DNA of 64,000 nucleotides from Vicugna vicugna (GCA_013265495.1 MU058781.1:8971009-9035008); one strand, 5' to 3'; positions 13,336 to 26,609 are shown, counted from the first letter of the stretch. Made by a program: numbers and translations. The notes: a model not told the origin generated them from the sequence alone.

Positions 13336-14959
13336 ACTTGTGCTGATGTCTCATTTTGTTGTGTTTTTAAATTTTTTGCTTTAATACTGTAAAGAAAAAC
13401 TAGTCACAATCTTTAAAAAGTTTATATCTCCACCAGTAAAAGCAGGCTGCTTTGTTGATTCAGAGCGATCCTAACCAAAATCAATAGTGTGGTGATACTT
13501 CTGTTTCCCTGTGACACCTACTAGTCACCTAAACTGGCCTTCCTGAAACAAAACCACCTTTGAGCCGTGCAGGCACGTCACCCAGCCTCGGTGTGGAAAA
13601 CTGGCAGACACCTGGCTGTGCCCAGGGGGCTGTGATTTCACTTCTCACTCCATAAGCAACATCCTTCTGTTGTGAATTAAATCTTCACAGTCAAAATCTG
13701 CGTCTGCATGTGCTTGTTTATTTGGGAAAGAAATGTTATTCAGAGGCATTTTATCTGTAGTAGTTATGAAGCAATATGATAGGAAGGGAGCTTCATATTG
13801 GTATAGTGCTATCTCTGTGTTAAGATTCCTCAGGAGCATTTGTTTTTCTTTCCAGCTTAACTGTCGTTTCCTATTAGGACAACAGACAAGTTATATTTTA
13901 TATGTACGTGTGAGTATGATGTTTCCCATGTGTGAGTAACATGTATGAATGGTGTATGGAATCTCTGTGTGAACCGCTGTATCAGTTTCAGGCCCTGCGT
14001 GCTAATGAACTGGTTCCTCATTACACAAGATTTCTTTTTTCTGGTTTCACCCACCCCTACTTTATCCAAGAGGGTAAATGCTGTCCTCTTATCTCACATC
14101 CCAAGCTGAGTTCAGCATCTGGAGAAGCTTAAGGTCCCAATGCATCAAATTATCGTGCTCAAACCGTTGTTTACTGCAGTCCATTTTGTCCTGTCATTCC
14201 AGTGACAGAATGTCAAAGCTTTTCTTTCCGTTACCTTTAGCTCTCAGCATCTGCAGGGATCTGATATGCTGTGCCTGCTTTATTCAGGGGGGAGAAACTC
14301 AAATGCTCAAGATGAAGGCTGCAAGCCAGATAACCACAGGCACTGGTTAACTCCTTTGCTAAAAGCTCAGGGTGGGTTTGTGTCCCGCCATTTCCCTCCC
14401 TGGACCACGAAAGTGCACTCCATTTTACGGATATCTGTTAGTTTCTTATTTCCATCACTCTTTTTCTGAGAAGCAAATAACCATGAGCAAATCACATATG
14501 ATGGCGTTCACAAAAGTATTGACATTTTAAAGTCTAGAAATTCAGTATGCATTTCATCACTGACTGCAGGTCTGTGGCCTATAATCTGAGTGATTTAATT
14601 TAGATAAATAGAAATATTGTATCCTGTAAAACTCAGTCTGGAATAACTTAACATGCACATAGATTTCCCGTTGAATTTTGAAAATCTTCAACTTCTAGCC
14701 TTTACTTTTTCAATTGGAAATGTGTACCTAATTATGTATTTTTAGTTTCACATAATTGTAATCATATATTTTAATTCTGTATGATTTGTCTTTCCAGCAG
14801 AAAGTCTTGTTGTGCCAAAAGATGCTTTGATTTCTAGGAGAGAATGCAACTGCTCTTACTCAGAGAAGAGAAAACCTGCCAGTAGTGAAAAACACCACAT
14901 TGATCACAGGCAGGGAAACATTTGAATATTTCGACTTAAAATCGACTCTGGCCCGGCAA

Positions 14960-15585
14960 CCCTCTTCTCTTGCCTGGACTGAAGCAATCACGTACTGACT
15001 CACCCCTCTGCCTTCATTCTCCTTCTCTCTGCAATCTGTTCGCTGAAGGGAAACGAGAATGATCTTTTATACCAATAAATCTGATTATATCACTTCTCTG
15101 CTTAAAGCTCTACAGTGGCTTTCCACTCTTCAGGGAGGCAAGCCCATCTGTGTGCGAGGCAGCATCTCCCCACTGCTCCCTGACTCTCCGCCCCGAGCTC
15201 ACCTCGCCCTCTTCTGCTCCCTCAGGCAAATGCTGTTTCTTCTCACGTGTGATTTCTCTCCCTGCGATGCTCTGCTTACCCATCTTCACCCCATTAGTTC
15301 CTGGTCACCTTGCAGACCTCAGCCTGAGAGCTTCCTCGGGGAACCTTTACCAGACCTCTCAGACTAGGCCACATCACCGTCATTGTTAATAACGGGTGAC
15401 ACTCCTCCTAAACACACATCTGAGTTGCCGTTTTACATTTGTGTGATTATTTGATCACAGTTCATCTTTCTCACTGGATTCAGTTCCTTAAGGACAGGGA
15501 CTGTATCTGGTTTTGCTCACCATGATGTCAGCAGAGCGCAGCCCAAAGCCTGGCACATGGTGCATGCTCAGTGGAGACCTGGAAA
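14960..15585 (+). mobile_element. L2 3' region
   Basis: tgatcttttat...aaatctgattatatcacttctctgcttaaagctctacagtggctt...ggacagggactgtatctggttttgctcacc...cctggcacatggtgcatgctcagt. Confidence 0.75.
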
Positions 15586-18500
15586 GTCAAATGGAAACAA
15601 TCATATCTGTAGTATATTCTGTTTTATGAAAGCATGTCCTCAGGCCCCGGGTTTACACGGTTCCCACAGATGTCAGCTCTTAACAGTGACACCTCATTCA
15701 CTTCATTATCACTCTGTGGAGATCTTACTTCCTTTGTATATTTATTTTGGGGTCTGCAGTGTAGATTACCCTTTAAAAATTAAAATCCCTGCTTCAGGCA
15801 GGATCTGAGATTCAGAAAGTTCCCTCTGCTTTCACCCAGCATGGATTGGGTTTGAGGATGTGTATTCCAGAAGAGACAAGGCGGGGAGCTTATTGACTTG
15901 CTAGCAACTCTTGAAAACGATCTTTGCAGTGAGGCCTGATTATTCTCACCCTCAATTTCCAGAACAAGAGATGTCAAAAAAAAAATTGTGGCACCAAATA
16001 CACAGAATTCGTTCTTGTGATTTTGGATTACCGTTTGCTTTCGTCCATTTGTGACAGTTCTCTGGGGGAGCCCTTTGCTTATTTGGGCACTCGGTAGCAT
16101 ATTTGTGGTCCGTAAATATTTTTGTAGATACACTTTAAACCACATAGACCTAGGTGTGAAATTTTCAGTGAAAGATCAATAAGAACATTTTGGCTTTGAA
16201 ATGATGTCTGAGCATTGTACCTTTTCATTTTCATTCCATCTTTTGCTTTCAAGGGGAAAAAAATGACTTTTTATTCACTCTAATTTTTGGATACTTACCC
16301 ATTTTTACTTGAACAGTGGCTAATTCAGTCAAGAAAATAGCTCCTGGGAAATTAGAAAATGCAAATTAAGGAAAAATAAGAATCAATTATAATATAGGAA
16401 GCCCCTTTTGTTGCCTGGGGGTTGTGGTGAAGGTAGGGATCAAGGTGTACGCAGAAGAGGACCTGCTGTCACTAGCCTGATTTGCATGTCACAGCGCAGA
16501 GTAATTACCTTGCTCTTCTGAGTTAGAGACATTGTGGAAACCTTACATAAACGGATCCACCCTCCTTATGAACTTGACAAGGCTACATTTTTCCTCCCCT
16601 CCAAAGATACTGTATGAGATTGACATTATCAGAACAAAAATAATGTTGCTTGCTATTTTTTTTCCTAAACAGCAGCAGATAAGCTAAGACCATTTTCTAA
16701 GTAACAGTGACTTCCTGCTTCATTAAAGATTATTTATGTTCCTTAGAAGAGCACTACTGAAATGGTATCCCAACAAGCAAGTTGTATCTCTCTTTCCAAT
16801 CAGTGTAGGAGATAAACTGTTAGCAAGAATGAAGAGATGCTCACTGAACTGAGAATATACTGTTTTGAGATAAAGAAATTTGTGGGGGTGGGAGTGGGGG
16901 GTGGTTAATCACTTTTGACCTTTGAAGACAATTTGTCCGATTAATATAGTTATAGGAGTGATCTTAGCTTCTGATTTATAATGTCTCTGAATATGTTTTT
17001 AAATGAACACATAAAAATTAAAGTGAGAGGGAAGAGTCTCAAAAATCACTCTTCTGTAAAGCTAACATATAAACTCTGTGTCCACATTGATTCCATTATG
17101 GGATTGGAGTAATTAAGCAGACATAATATAACACATAAAGGAACTTATTAGGCTTTTATTAGGCTTGATAATTTGAGTTTCAGATTTTAAATCTCGAAGG
17201 ACTCATAATTGTTGTCATTTTCTACTAAAAGCTGCATTTAGAAAGAAGTTAAACTGTGGTGCAAAGGAAAAGACGTGTGTAAATGAAAAGTACAAAATGC
17301 CATTTTCATCAATTCAGTGCTTGAATTCAAGTATCTATTTGCCTAGCATGAGGCTTTTAATAAGTAATAAGACACGACTTTCATGAGTTAATTTATGCTG
17401 GTATTTTCTTGAAACAGCGTTAATTGCAGGAAGTAGACGTTTGAGATTGAGATGTGCCTTGGTAGGAAGGGAGAGATTGGTTTCAAACTCCAGAAATGTG
17501 AGCAACTCATTTGCCAGACCCATTTAAAATCTTAGAAAGGTTTTCAATTTGATTATTGACTCAAGACGTACACTGGGACAGTTCCAGGACTCGGCAGGGC
17601 AAATTCTGGAATGGTTTGTAACATTGAACAGCCGTCTTCTGGTTAAACACTGTGTCCTTTCAGTTTTAACCTTTCGTTTTAAAAATTCTGTCTAAAATGC
17701 ATTAGTGAGTATGGTATCTTTGATTCTTTAGAATCTTTTTCCTACATGTTAATTTGCTTGGCCCTGGAATTCTCTCTGTTGAGGCTATAAAGTACTGAGT
17801 TTTACTGACCCCACAAAATTCCTTGAATTTTGCCTTTAAAAAAAGATCCATGATTATGAGCCCTAATTTACTGCTTTCTCCCAAAAGTTTAGAGAACATC
17901 CAAAAGCCTCTCCCAGTGACATATTGTCAGGACAACAGATGTACCCACCATCCTCTCTCCTTATGGACTCCTGATTCCCCAAAAAGCTGCATCTCTTCAG
18001 GGTCATGAAAGTAAACATCTCCCCAAGAGAGGCAACATTTTAAAATTTAAGAGAGCCTAGAACTGAAAACTTTGATGGAAAAGTGGTAAACAGGGCTCAG
18101 AACCACGAGGTTCATTCCACTGTTCTGCTTGGAACCAGCCCTGGCCCCAGGATTCGAGTTGGATAAATTCCAGTTAATGGAGGTTTTGCTCTAATATTGA
18201 AAACAAAACAAAACAAAACAAAAAAACACCTGGCTCGTCAGGATTTATAGTTTCCCTGCCTTTTGCTGGCTTTCAGGACCTAGAATAAGACTGTCTTGAG
18301 AGCTCATTTTCTAGTGTCACACTTGAACCCGTCTCATATGATCCATCAGGGTGGACCTACCGCACACACAGAATGACGCCAGGTTGTCTGCGTCACAACA
18401 CAGGATTTGCCTTAAATTCACGCCTGATGTAGGGAGCTGGCAAATGGCTCTTGTCACCTCCTCCCTCAGTCCTGCCTTGTGAAAAAGTACCTTCTCTTGA

Positions 18501-19069
18501 GATGGCTGAAGCCGAAGTGGCGGTTTCTTGCTTCTTGCTGGTCCGCCACCTCCCCAGGGCTGTGTGAGAGCCTGCTCCACCGCGCACCTCTCAGAAGGCG
18601 GAGGCCTCACGTGCATCCCTCCCTGCCCTAAATGGGTCCCAGCCTCCTAGTCCCCACAGGAACGCAAAACAAACAGCAATTTGGAGCCGCAGAGCGAACC
18701 CTCTGTAGCTTGGGGATAGAGTAGCCCTTACTGCTTGGATTTCAAGTCGCCACCATTTCTTCTTTCCTTGCTTGTTTCTTTTCCACCCGAGTCACTTCTC
18801 TTCCCCCTTACTGGCTCTCTAACCAGTTGGCCAAATCCAAGCATGTGGCAAGTGTGAAGCTGGAGGGCGAAGAGGACCCTGATCACTGCCCCAGACGGGT
18901 CCATGTTGCATGTTGTAGGACAATTACAGAACAGTGGGTGGGATGCTGTCAGGGTGACCACTGTGAAGAATGAGACCCTGCCTACCTGAGGTCAGGGGAC
19001 CACTGAAGAGAAGTTTCAGAGGAGGGGCCACCTGAGCTGAGCTTACAGGCCAGTTCCACACCGAGGGGG

Positions 19070-19290
19070 AACTTCTGGAAGCAGACTGTCCAGGTTCATA
19101 TCCTCGCTCTCCCACTTACCACCTGTGTCACCTTCAGGAAGTAACTCAGCCTGCCTGTGCTGATAGTTTTCTCATAATTAAATAGAGGATAAATGCAGTC
19201 CTTACCTCATGATGGAGTTTTTGTAAGTATTACACACGTTACATGACGTGTGTTACATGTGTTAAGCACTTAGAACAGTGCCTACAGGGA
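19070..19290 (+). mobile_element. MIR SINE
   Basis: aggttcatatcctcgctctcccacttaccacctgtgtcacctt...cttacctcat...aagcacttagaacagtgcct. Confidence 0.75.
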
Positions 19291-20162
19291 ATTAGCTTTT
19301 ACTGTCACTAGGAGTTAGCCTGATAATTGAATTAGGGAAAAGGAGTAAACGTAGGGGTGCAGATATGCAAGAGAGCCCACCAAGTTTAGGGAACTATGTG
19401 TAGTTTTCCGGTATCGCCCCCCAAAGGGGTAGCGCACTTAAGAGCAAAGAGAGGTGAGGACTGCGGGAGTAGAGGGGATTTGGACTTGACTGTGTAGGTG
19501 ATGGGAGACCCATTGAAAGGCTTCAGGTGATTAGACTGTGTAAAGAATAACCTCCTGCCAGTTTTAAGGCTGGAAAAAGGAAAGTTGGGGAGAAACTTAG
19601 GATGACACAAAGTAGATTGTGTAACATGCCAGGCGAGAAACGTGCAGGTGCACAGGAGCAGCAGAGGAGGGGATGCCGTGCTCCCCACCCTGCGGCTTCA
19701 TTGAGGCTGAATGCTTTCCTACCTCCTGATGGATCAGGCCCTTTGACACGCTCGTCTTCAACCACATCAAACATCATACAAGCATATTAGCCTCATCTCG
19801 AATTTAACTATTGAGAAAACTTTCGAGAGACAAAGGGTTAACTTTTAAAAGACTAATCAAAGAGAGTGTAGTGAGAAATTATCATTGAAAGGGAATGTTT
19901 TAGACCTACTGTGAGCGCTTTGTAACATGGGGTTTTTTTGATAGAGGGATATTCAAACAACTCCAGTAAAGGAGAAGCTCCAGTAAATGAATACACGGTG
20001 CCCCACTTTGACTGCCTCATACATTGCTCCTAAACGCCTGTTCACTATCTGCATCAGTGTTGGTCTGTTATGATGAAAGCGGAAGATGGAAAACCCAGAC
20101 TTAGAGGATGTTCCTTAGCCTCTGGGAGCCTCAGTTTCCTTTTCAGTGGGGAGGTAATAATA

Positions 20163-20553
20163 CTGTCATCATTCAGTATCCTCAGGGTGTTTGTTCCAGA
20201 ACATGTGCACATGCATGCACACGCGCACACACACACACACCCCTACTCCTCACCATACCAAAATCTGCGGATGCTCAAGTCCGTTATATAAAAGGGGCAT
20301 GGTATTTGCATATAACATACACACATCCTCCCGCATACTTTAAATTAGCCCTAGGTTACTTATAATACCTAAGACAATGTTAAAGCTATGCAAATAGTTG
20401 AAAACACAATGAAAATGCTGTGTTGCCAGGCTCATTGGAAACTGAAGTGTTGCTTTTTGGAACTTTCTGGAATTTTTTCCCACAAATATTTTTGATCTGC
20501 AGTTGGTTGGTTGAATCGCGGGTGCAAAACCCACAGATACAGGAGGTCATCTG
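20163..20553 (+). mobile_element. MER2/MER2B (Tigger-derived MITE) inserted in a MIR
   Basis: ataccaaaatctgcggatgctcaagtcc...gtatttgcatataac...gttggttgaatcgcgggtgcaaaacccacagatac. MIR halves lie at ~20110-20162 and ~20554-20610. Confidence 0.82.
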
Positions 20554-20690
20554 AGCTTCAGATAGTTGTCGGGAGGAACAAATGCGATGACATAGGTAAG
20601 AACAATGTGAAATTAGAGAAGCAGCGTGGTGCTGTGGTTTGCCAAGCTGTACATCTCATGTGAGCTATTTTAAGCCTTCAGTTTGTCCTC

Positions 20691-20898
20691 TAGTTCTTAT
20701 GAATTTGGGTTCAATTTTAGTGGCACTTTTGAGCCAGGTGAGGAGGAGTTTGAGTAGTAATGCTGTTAAACTTTAATTTTTGAGTTGCTTTTCCGAAGTA
20801 TTTCTGCCAAATGGACTGTCAAAGCTGACAGTTGATTGACTTAATCACTTCTAATGAAAGTGCCACTAAAAGTAACCATGGCTGATTCATATGAACCA
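20691..20898. repeat. ~210-bp element with terminal inverted repeats (family unassigned)
   Basis: TTTTAGTGGCACTTT (20715-20729) and AAAGTGCCACTAAAA (20857-20871) are a perfect inverted pair. Outer arms 20691-20704 and 20885-20898 match 12/14. Confidence 0.75.
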
Positions 20899-21718
20899 TG
20901 GAAGGGCTATTAAATAAAACCAGAAAATACTTAATTAGCTTAGAAACAAAGTCACCAACTAGTTTATAATAGACATGAGGACCTTATCTAACAATGGCTA
21001 CTCCACTTTATCATTCTGCCTTTGTCACTACAATTATTAAGCAATCTTAGGCCTCTTGTGCTAAAGAGTATACACTCTGTTCACATCAATTTTATGGAAA
21101 GTGCAAGGCTCTCTGTATTCTCTTCTGTGACCTCCCTTTGACTGAGAATGGCCCCTCTCATATGACTGCTGCAAAGAATGTAAACTGATGAAGGGACCAA
21201 AATCCTGAGTATGTCATACATGGATGGCCAGTTGACGGCACCTTGTCTAAGATACTCTTGCTTGCCATTGAAGTAAATTAGGATTGACATACATTACGTT
21301 TGATTTAATTTAATAAAGTGTATTTATCATGAGGCTCTATGAGCCTCACTCAAGGAGACACGGGACCTGCAAGCTGATGTCAGAATGTGTGTCTGAGTCT
21401 CTGCGGCCTTCTTCCATTCTGCAGATGTCTTCAGGAGCCCTCAGAATGCTTGCATGTGATAGACTCTTGACACGCACGGCCTAGAAGTTCTATTAGATGA
21501 CAAATGGCAGTGCAGAGCTGGTGGAGCATGATGGTTTGAAATAAATAAGTCTGAGGAATGGGGAGGTTGTATTCCAGGCTGTATTTGGGATATGTCCTGT
21601 GTGCAGCCAAAGATAGCAGTTGATTGCAGGAAGCATGCTGACTATGACTTGCGTAAGAAAGCAGAAAATGAAATCAAATCAATCAGTGTATTCCTTGAGA
21701 AGATAACAGACAACTTCT

Positions 21719-24141
21719 TTTTTTTTAACATTTTTTATTGATTTATAATCATTTTACAATGTTGTGTCAAATTCCAGTGTTCAGCACAATTTTTCAGTCA
21801 TTCATGGACATATACACACTCATTGTCACATTTTTTTCTCTGTGATTTATCATAACATTTTGTGTATATTTCCCTGTGCTATACAGTGTAATCTTGTTTA
21901 TCTATTCTACAATTTTGAAATCCCAGTCTATCCCTTCCCACCCTCTACCCCCCTGGTAACCACAAGTCTGTAATCTCTGTCCATGAGTCTTTAGATTCCA
22001 CATATGAGCGATCTCATGTGGTATTTTTCTTTCTCTTTCTGGCTTACTTCACTTAGAATGACATTCTCTAGGAGCATCCATGTTGCTGCAAATGGCATTA
22101 TGTTGTCGGTTTTTATGGCTGAGTAGTATTCCATTGTATAAATATACCACCTCTTCTTTATCCAGTCACCTGTTGATGGACATTTAGGCTGTTTCCATGT
22201 TTTGGCTATTGTAAATAGTGCTGCTATGAACATTGGAGTGCAGGTGTCATCCTGAAGTAGATTTCCTTCTGGATACAAGCCCAGGAGTGGGATTCCTGGG
22301 TCATATGGTAAGTCTATTCCTAGTCTTTTGAGGAATCTCCACACTGTTTTCCATAGTGGCTGCACCAAACTGCATTCCCACCAGCAGTGTAGGAGGGTTC
22401 CCCTTTCTCCACAGCCTCTCCAGCATTTGTCATTTGTGGATTTTTGAATGACGGCCATTCTGACTGGTGTGAGGTGATACCTCATTGTAGTTTTGATTTG
22501 CATTTCTCTGATAATTAGTGATATTGAGCATTTTTTCATGTGCTTTTTGATCATTTGTATGTCTTCCTTGGAGAATTGCTTGTTTAGGTCTTCTGCCCAT
22601 TTTTGGATTGGGTTGTTTATTTTTTTCTTATTGAGTCGTATGAGCTGCTTATATATTTTGGAGATCAAGCCTTTGTCGGTTTCACTTGCAAAAATTTTCT
22701 CCCATTCCGTAGGTTTTCTTCTTGTTTTATTTCTGGTTTCCTTTGCTCTGCAGAAGCTTGTAAGTTTCATTAGGTCCCATTTGTTTATTCTTGCTTTTAT
22801 TTCTTCTAGGAGAAAATTTTTGAAATGTATGTCAGATAATGTTTTGCCTATGTTTTCCTCTAGGAGGTTTATTGTATCTTGTCTTATGTTTAAGTCTTTA
22901 ATCCATTTTGAGTTGATTTTTGTATATGGTGTAAGGGTGTGTTCTAGCTTCATTGTTTTACATGCTGCTGTCCAGTTTTCCCAACACCATTTGCTGAAGA
23001 GACTGTCTTTATTCCATTGTATATTCTTGCCTCCTTTGTCGAAGATGAGTTGACCAAAAGTTTGTGGGTTCATTTCTGGGCTCTCTATTCTGTTCCATTG
23101 GTCTATATGTCTGTTTTGGTACCAATACCATGCTGTCTTGATGACTGTAGCTCTATAGTATTGTCTGAAGTCTGGGAGAGTTATTCCTCCAGCCTCTTTC
23201 TTTCTCTTCAGTAATGCTTTAGCAATTCTAGGTCTTTGATGGTTCCATATAAATTTTATTATGATTTGTTCTAGTTCTGTGAAATATGTCCTGGGTAATT
23301 GGATAGGGATTGCATTAAATCTGTAGATTGCCTTGGGCAGTGTGACCATTTTAACAATATTGATTCTTCCAATCCAAGAGCATGGAATATCTTTCCATTT
23401 TTTAAAGTCTTCTTTAATTTCCTTCATCAATGGTTTATAGTTTTCTGTGTATAATTCTTTCACCTCCTTGGTTAGATTTATTCCCAGATATTTTATTACT
23501 TTGGGTGCTATTTTAAAGGGGATTGTTTCTTTACTTTCTTTTTCTGTTGATTTATCGTTAGTGTAAAGAAAGGCAACTGATTTTTGAACATTAATTTTGT
23601 AACCTGCTACCTTGCTGAATTCTTCGATCAGCTCTAGTAGCTTTTTTGTGGACCTTTTAGGGTTTTCTATATATAGTAACATGTCGTCAGCATATAATGA
23701 CACTTTTACCTCTTCTTTTCCAATTTGGATCCCTTTTATTTCTTTCTCTTGCCTGATTGCTGTGGCTAGGACTTCCAGGACTATATTGAATAGGAGTGGT
23801 GATAGTGGGCATCCTTGTCTTGTCCCAGATTTTAGTGGGAAGCTTTTGAGTTTTTCACCGTTGAGAACTATGCTGGCTATAGGTTTGTCATATATAGCTT
23901 TTATTATGTTGAGATATGTTCCCTCTATACCCACTTTGGCGAGAGTTTTTATCATAAATGGGTGTTGAATTTTATCAAATGCTTTTTCTGCATCGATTGA
24001 GATGATCATGTGGTTTTTGTCCTTTCTCTTGTTGATGTGATGTATTACATTGATTGATTTGCGTATGTTGAACCAGCCTTGTGTCCCTGGGATGAACCCC
24101 ACTTGGTCATGATGTATAATCTTTTTTATGTGTTGTTGGAT
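21719..24141 (-). mobile_element. Young 5'-truncated LINE-1 (~2.4 kb), antisense to CDKAL1
   Basis: Perfect 15-bp TSD TAACAGACAACTTCT at 21704-21718 and 24142-24156. AATAAA on the minus strand at 21734-21739, short A tail, L1 3' UTR and ORF2. The empty site reads TTCT/GA, a variant of the L1 endonuclease TTTT/AA consensus. Confidence 0.97.
21991..24141 (-). pseudogene. L1 ORF2 C-terminal fragment (716 open codons: partial RT with YADD, C-terminal CCHC motif); no EN domain, promoter or native start
   Basis: The frame is open from the truncation point ([19 protein letters not shown]...) to the stop at 21991. [11 protein letters not shown] and LYADD (YADD at 23683-23694) RT motifs are present; [18 protein letters not shown] lies at 22372-22425. 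The ORF-track start is an internal GTG (Val). Confidence 0.93.
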
Positions 24142-25959
24142 TAACAGACAACTTCTGACACCAGTGAGCTCAACCTTCTAGTGAGAAGCAGATTTCACGC
24201 AGGTAGCATCCAGGTGCTCGAGCTGTTTCGTCAGTGTTGCTTATGAAGGACATTTGAGATTGAAGCTAGGTGCGATGATTGTCAGGGTCCTAATACGTCA
24301 ATCCGCCTAGAAGACAACTCATTTCAGCAGATGCTCTACGAGTAACAGATGGAAGCTACGGAGAGATTAATTTTCATTCACTTTGGGGAAGAACCTTTAA
24401 TAGTTCACTGACATAGCTACACAAGAGGAAAATTTTTGTGTGTAATTGTACATTTCCTTGGACTCGGAGCTATTGTCTTACAAATCAAAAAGTAATATAC
24501 CACAGTTGGGGAAAGTTGATAGGAGTAATTTCAAAATAAAACGCATACCATCTGTTTCTAAAAGCTAAAGGGAATATTCTGAAAATCAGCGTGGTTTCAA
24601 AGAGCTATAAAAACAATTTCTAATGTACCCATAACCCAAGTAGATAGCAGGCTTTTAGCAGTTTTCTTTTAGGTGATATATTTACCCCCAAATTGACAGC
24701 ACTACTGTATTTTTCTGTATCTCTCCATCTTTGCTTCTTATTCCTGTTGGTCTGTCTGTCTGTCTGTCTGTGTGTCTCTCTTTCTCTGTCTCTCTCTCAG
24801 AGGTCCCTTCCTCCTCTCTTCCTCTTTGTAAATACCCTCCTTCACCAACACATAAATATGTGAGTGTATTCTCCCCTGCTGATTTAATGTGGATAGACCT
24901 CTTGGGCTCCAGGACAAAGTTCCAGGTCAGTGGAGACTTGTGAGAAATTCCCGTGAGAGGCAAGGAAGAAATGATTTATTTAGAGAAAGGAAGAATCTAC
25001 GCAAGACAGTTTTTATCCTGATAGAAGGAATACAGGAAGAAACAAAATAAGATGATCTATAAGTTGGACATTCAAAAAAAATAGATACTATTAAAATATT
25101 TTCAGTCTACCCCACGTAAGTAACAGAGATGAACAGATACTGCAAATGTTGTGCACCTGTGTCTGCACTGAAAACCTGTAAATTTTTGAAATTTTTATTT
25201 ACCAACTGGCATAACCCTTGGTGGATTTGTCAGTTTTCTGATAGAATTAAGAAAAAATAATAGAAAATTCATCAAATTTTTGATTAATGTAGATGAATTC
25301 ATACCCTCCAATGAGAGAAGCAGAGTAATAATGAGGACAGCTAATGAGCAAGTAAGTGAAGTTTAGTGGGTGCTGTCTGCACCTTTGTCTGATCAAAAAC
25401 CTACAGCATCCCACTTGAGATGGTCCTCAGGGCCATGGTGTCCTGTTACAGAAGGTGGGCTGGTTGACCAGAAGCTCATTATGTAATACTGGAGTTCTGA
25501 GGGAAGGCTACAAAAGTAGTTTTATTAGTCATCTTATTTCATACATATTACCTACTTAAGGACTTTTTGGGTTCCTTTCTTCTTCATAAAGTTGGGAGCA
25601 AAAAGTTATGACAGCATTTCTAGAATGTTACTGATGCGGTAAATACGTTGCACTGAAGTTTTCATATGAAGGGTGGGGAAGTCTTCCTGCCGTTTACAGA
25701 GGCTGGTAAAGTGCTGTCATCTAGCAAAGCGCTGTAACTTTTAGCCAACGTTGTTCAGCCGTTTAGAAAACTTGTAAAGTAATGGCCTGTTGGCAATTCT
25801 GTCATTAATTGTCAGTATGCTTTAATGATTTTACTACTGAATAGACAGTTGAAACAGTATTATAAGCAAAATTTACAAAGTGGGGGCCAGTAATTGTGAT
25901 GATCCATTTGATTACCCATCTTTATTAGTAAGATATTTTTATTAAATGGCTTTTATATA

Positions 25960-26480
25960 ATGGTTTTAAAAATGTCTATTGTAGAATATCTGTAGAGTAA
26001 AAAAGTAAGGGACAGAGGAAGGAAATTAATCACCCATAATCCCACCACCCAGAGTTAACCATTAGTACTTTTTTGGTATATTTACTTCCTTTAGACTGTG
26101 TTGATTTATTTTATTTTACAACACTGGCATTATACTTTATATTCAAAGTAACTTTAAGAAATTATACTGTGAGCCTTGTTCTGTCTTTGAAGTTCATGAA
26201 GTCATGAATGGCTGCATCCTATACATTGAATGGATGTATTAGTTTATTGACGTTCCTCTACTGTTGGACTGTTTCTGTTGTTTTGTTATTATAAATTACC
26301 CCAGAATAAGCATCATACACACACACTTTTTTGTCTCAATGACTGTTTTCATTAGATGTATTTCTGGAAGCACAATTAGGTTAAAGAGTATAAATATCAC
26401 TCAGTTAAAGAGGTTCTGGATACATTCTGCCAAATTGCTTTCTAGAAAAGCTGTATGAAGGGCATCCTCACCCCAGAGTA
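25960..26480 (-). mobile_element. Old L1ME-type 3' end
   Basis: aatcacccataatcccaccacccagagttaacc...ttctgccaaattgctttctagaaaagctgta. Confidence 0.6.
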
Positions 26481-26609
26481 GTCTTCATTTTCAAAGAATA
26501 ATTTTTTGGGATGCTGTTAAATAGTTCTTCTCATGTGCTGCTGTATTTATTTTGCTTATATTGCCTCCAGATTTTTCTACATCTATACTCAAAAGTAAGG
26601 TGAGTGTAT

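Noticed and set aside
2666..20534. Many 60-120 aa ORFs on both strands
   Set aside because: No recognisable domains or consistent exon structure, and many overlap MIR/L2/MER repeats. Their sizes fit chance ORFs.
22493..23968. Plus-strand ORFs of 186, 65 and 118 aa with hydrophobic translations
   Set aside because: Antisense shadows of the A-rich L1 ORF2; no independent gene signals.
21991..24102. 703-aa ORF as a domesticated reverse transcriptase gene
   Set aside because: It begins at a 5' truncation point with an internal GTG, has an in-frame stop just upstream (24178-24180), lacks the RT N-terminus and a promoter, and sits between perfect TSDs. Youth explains the open frame.
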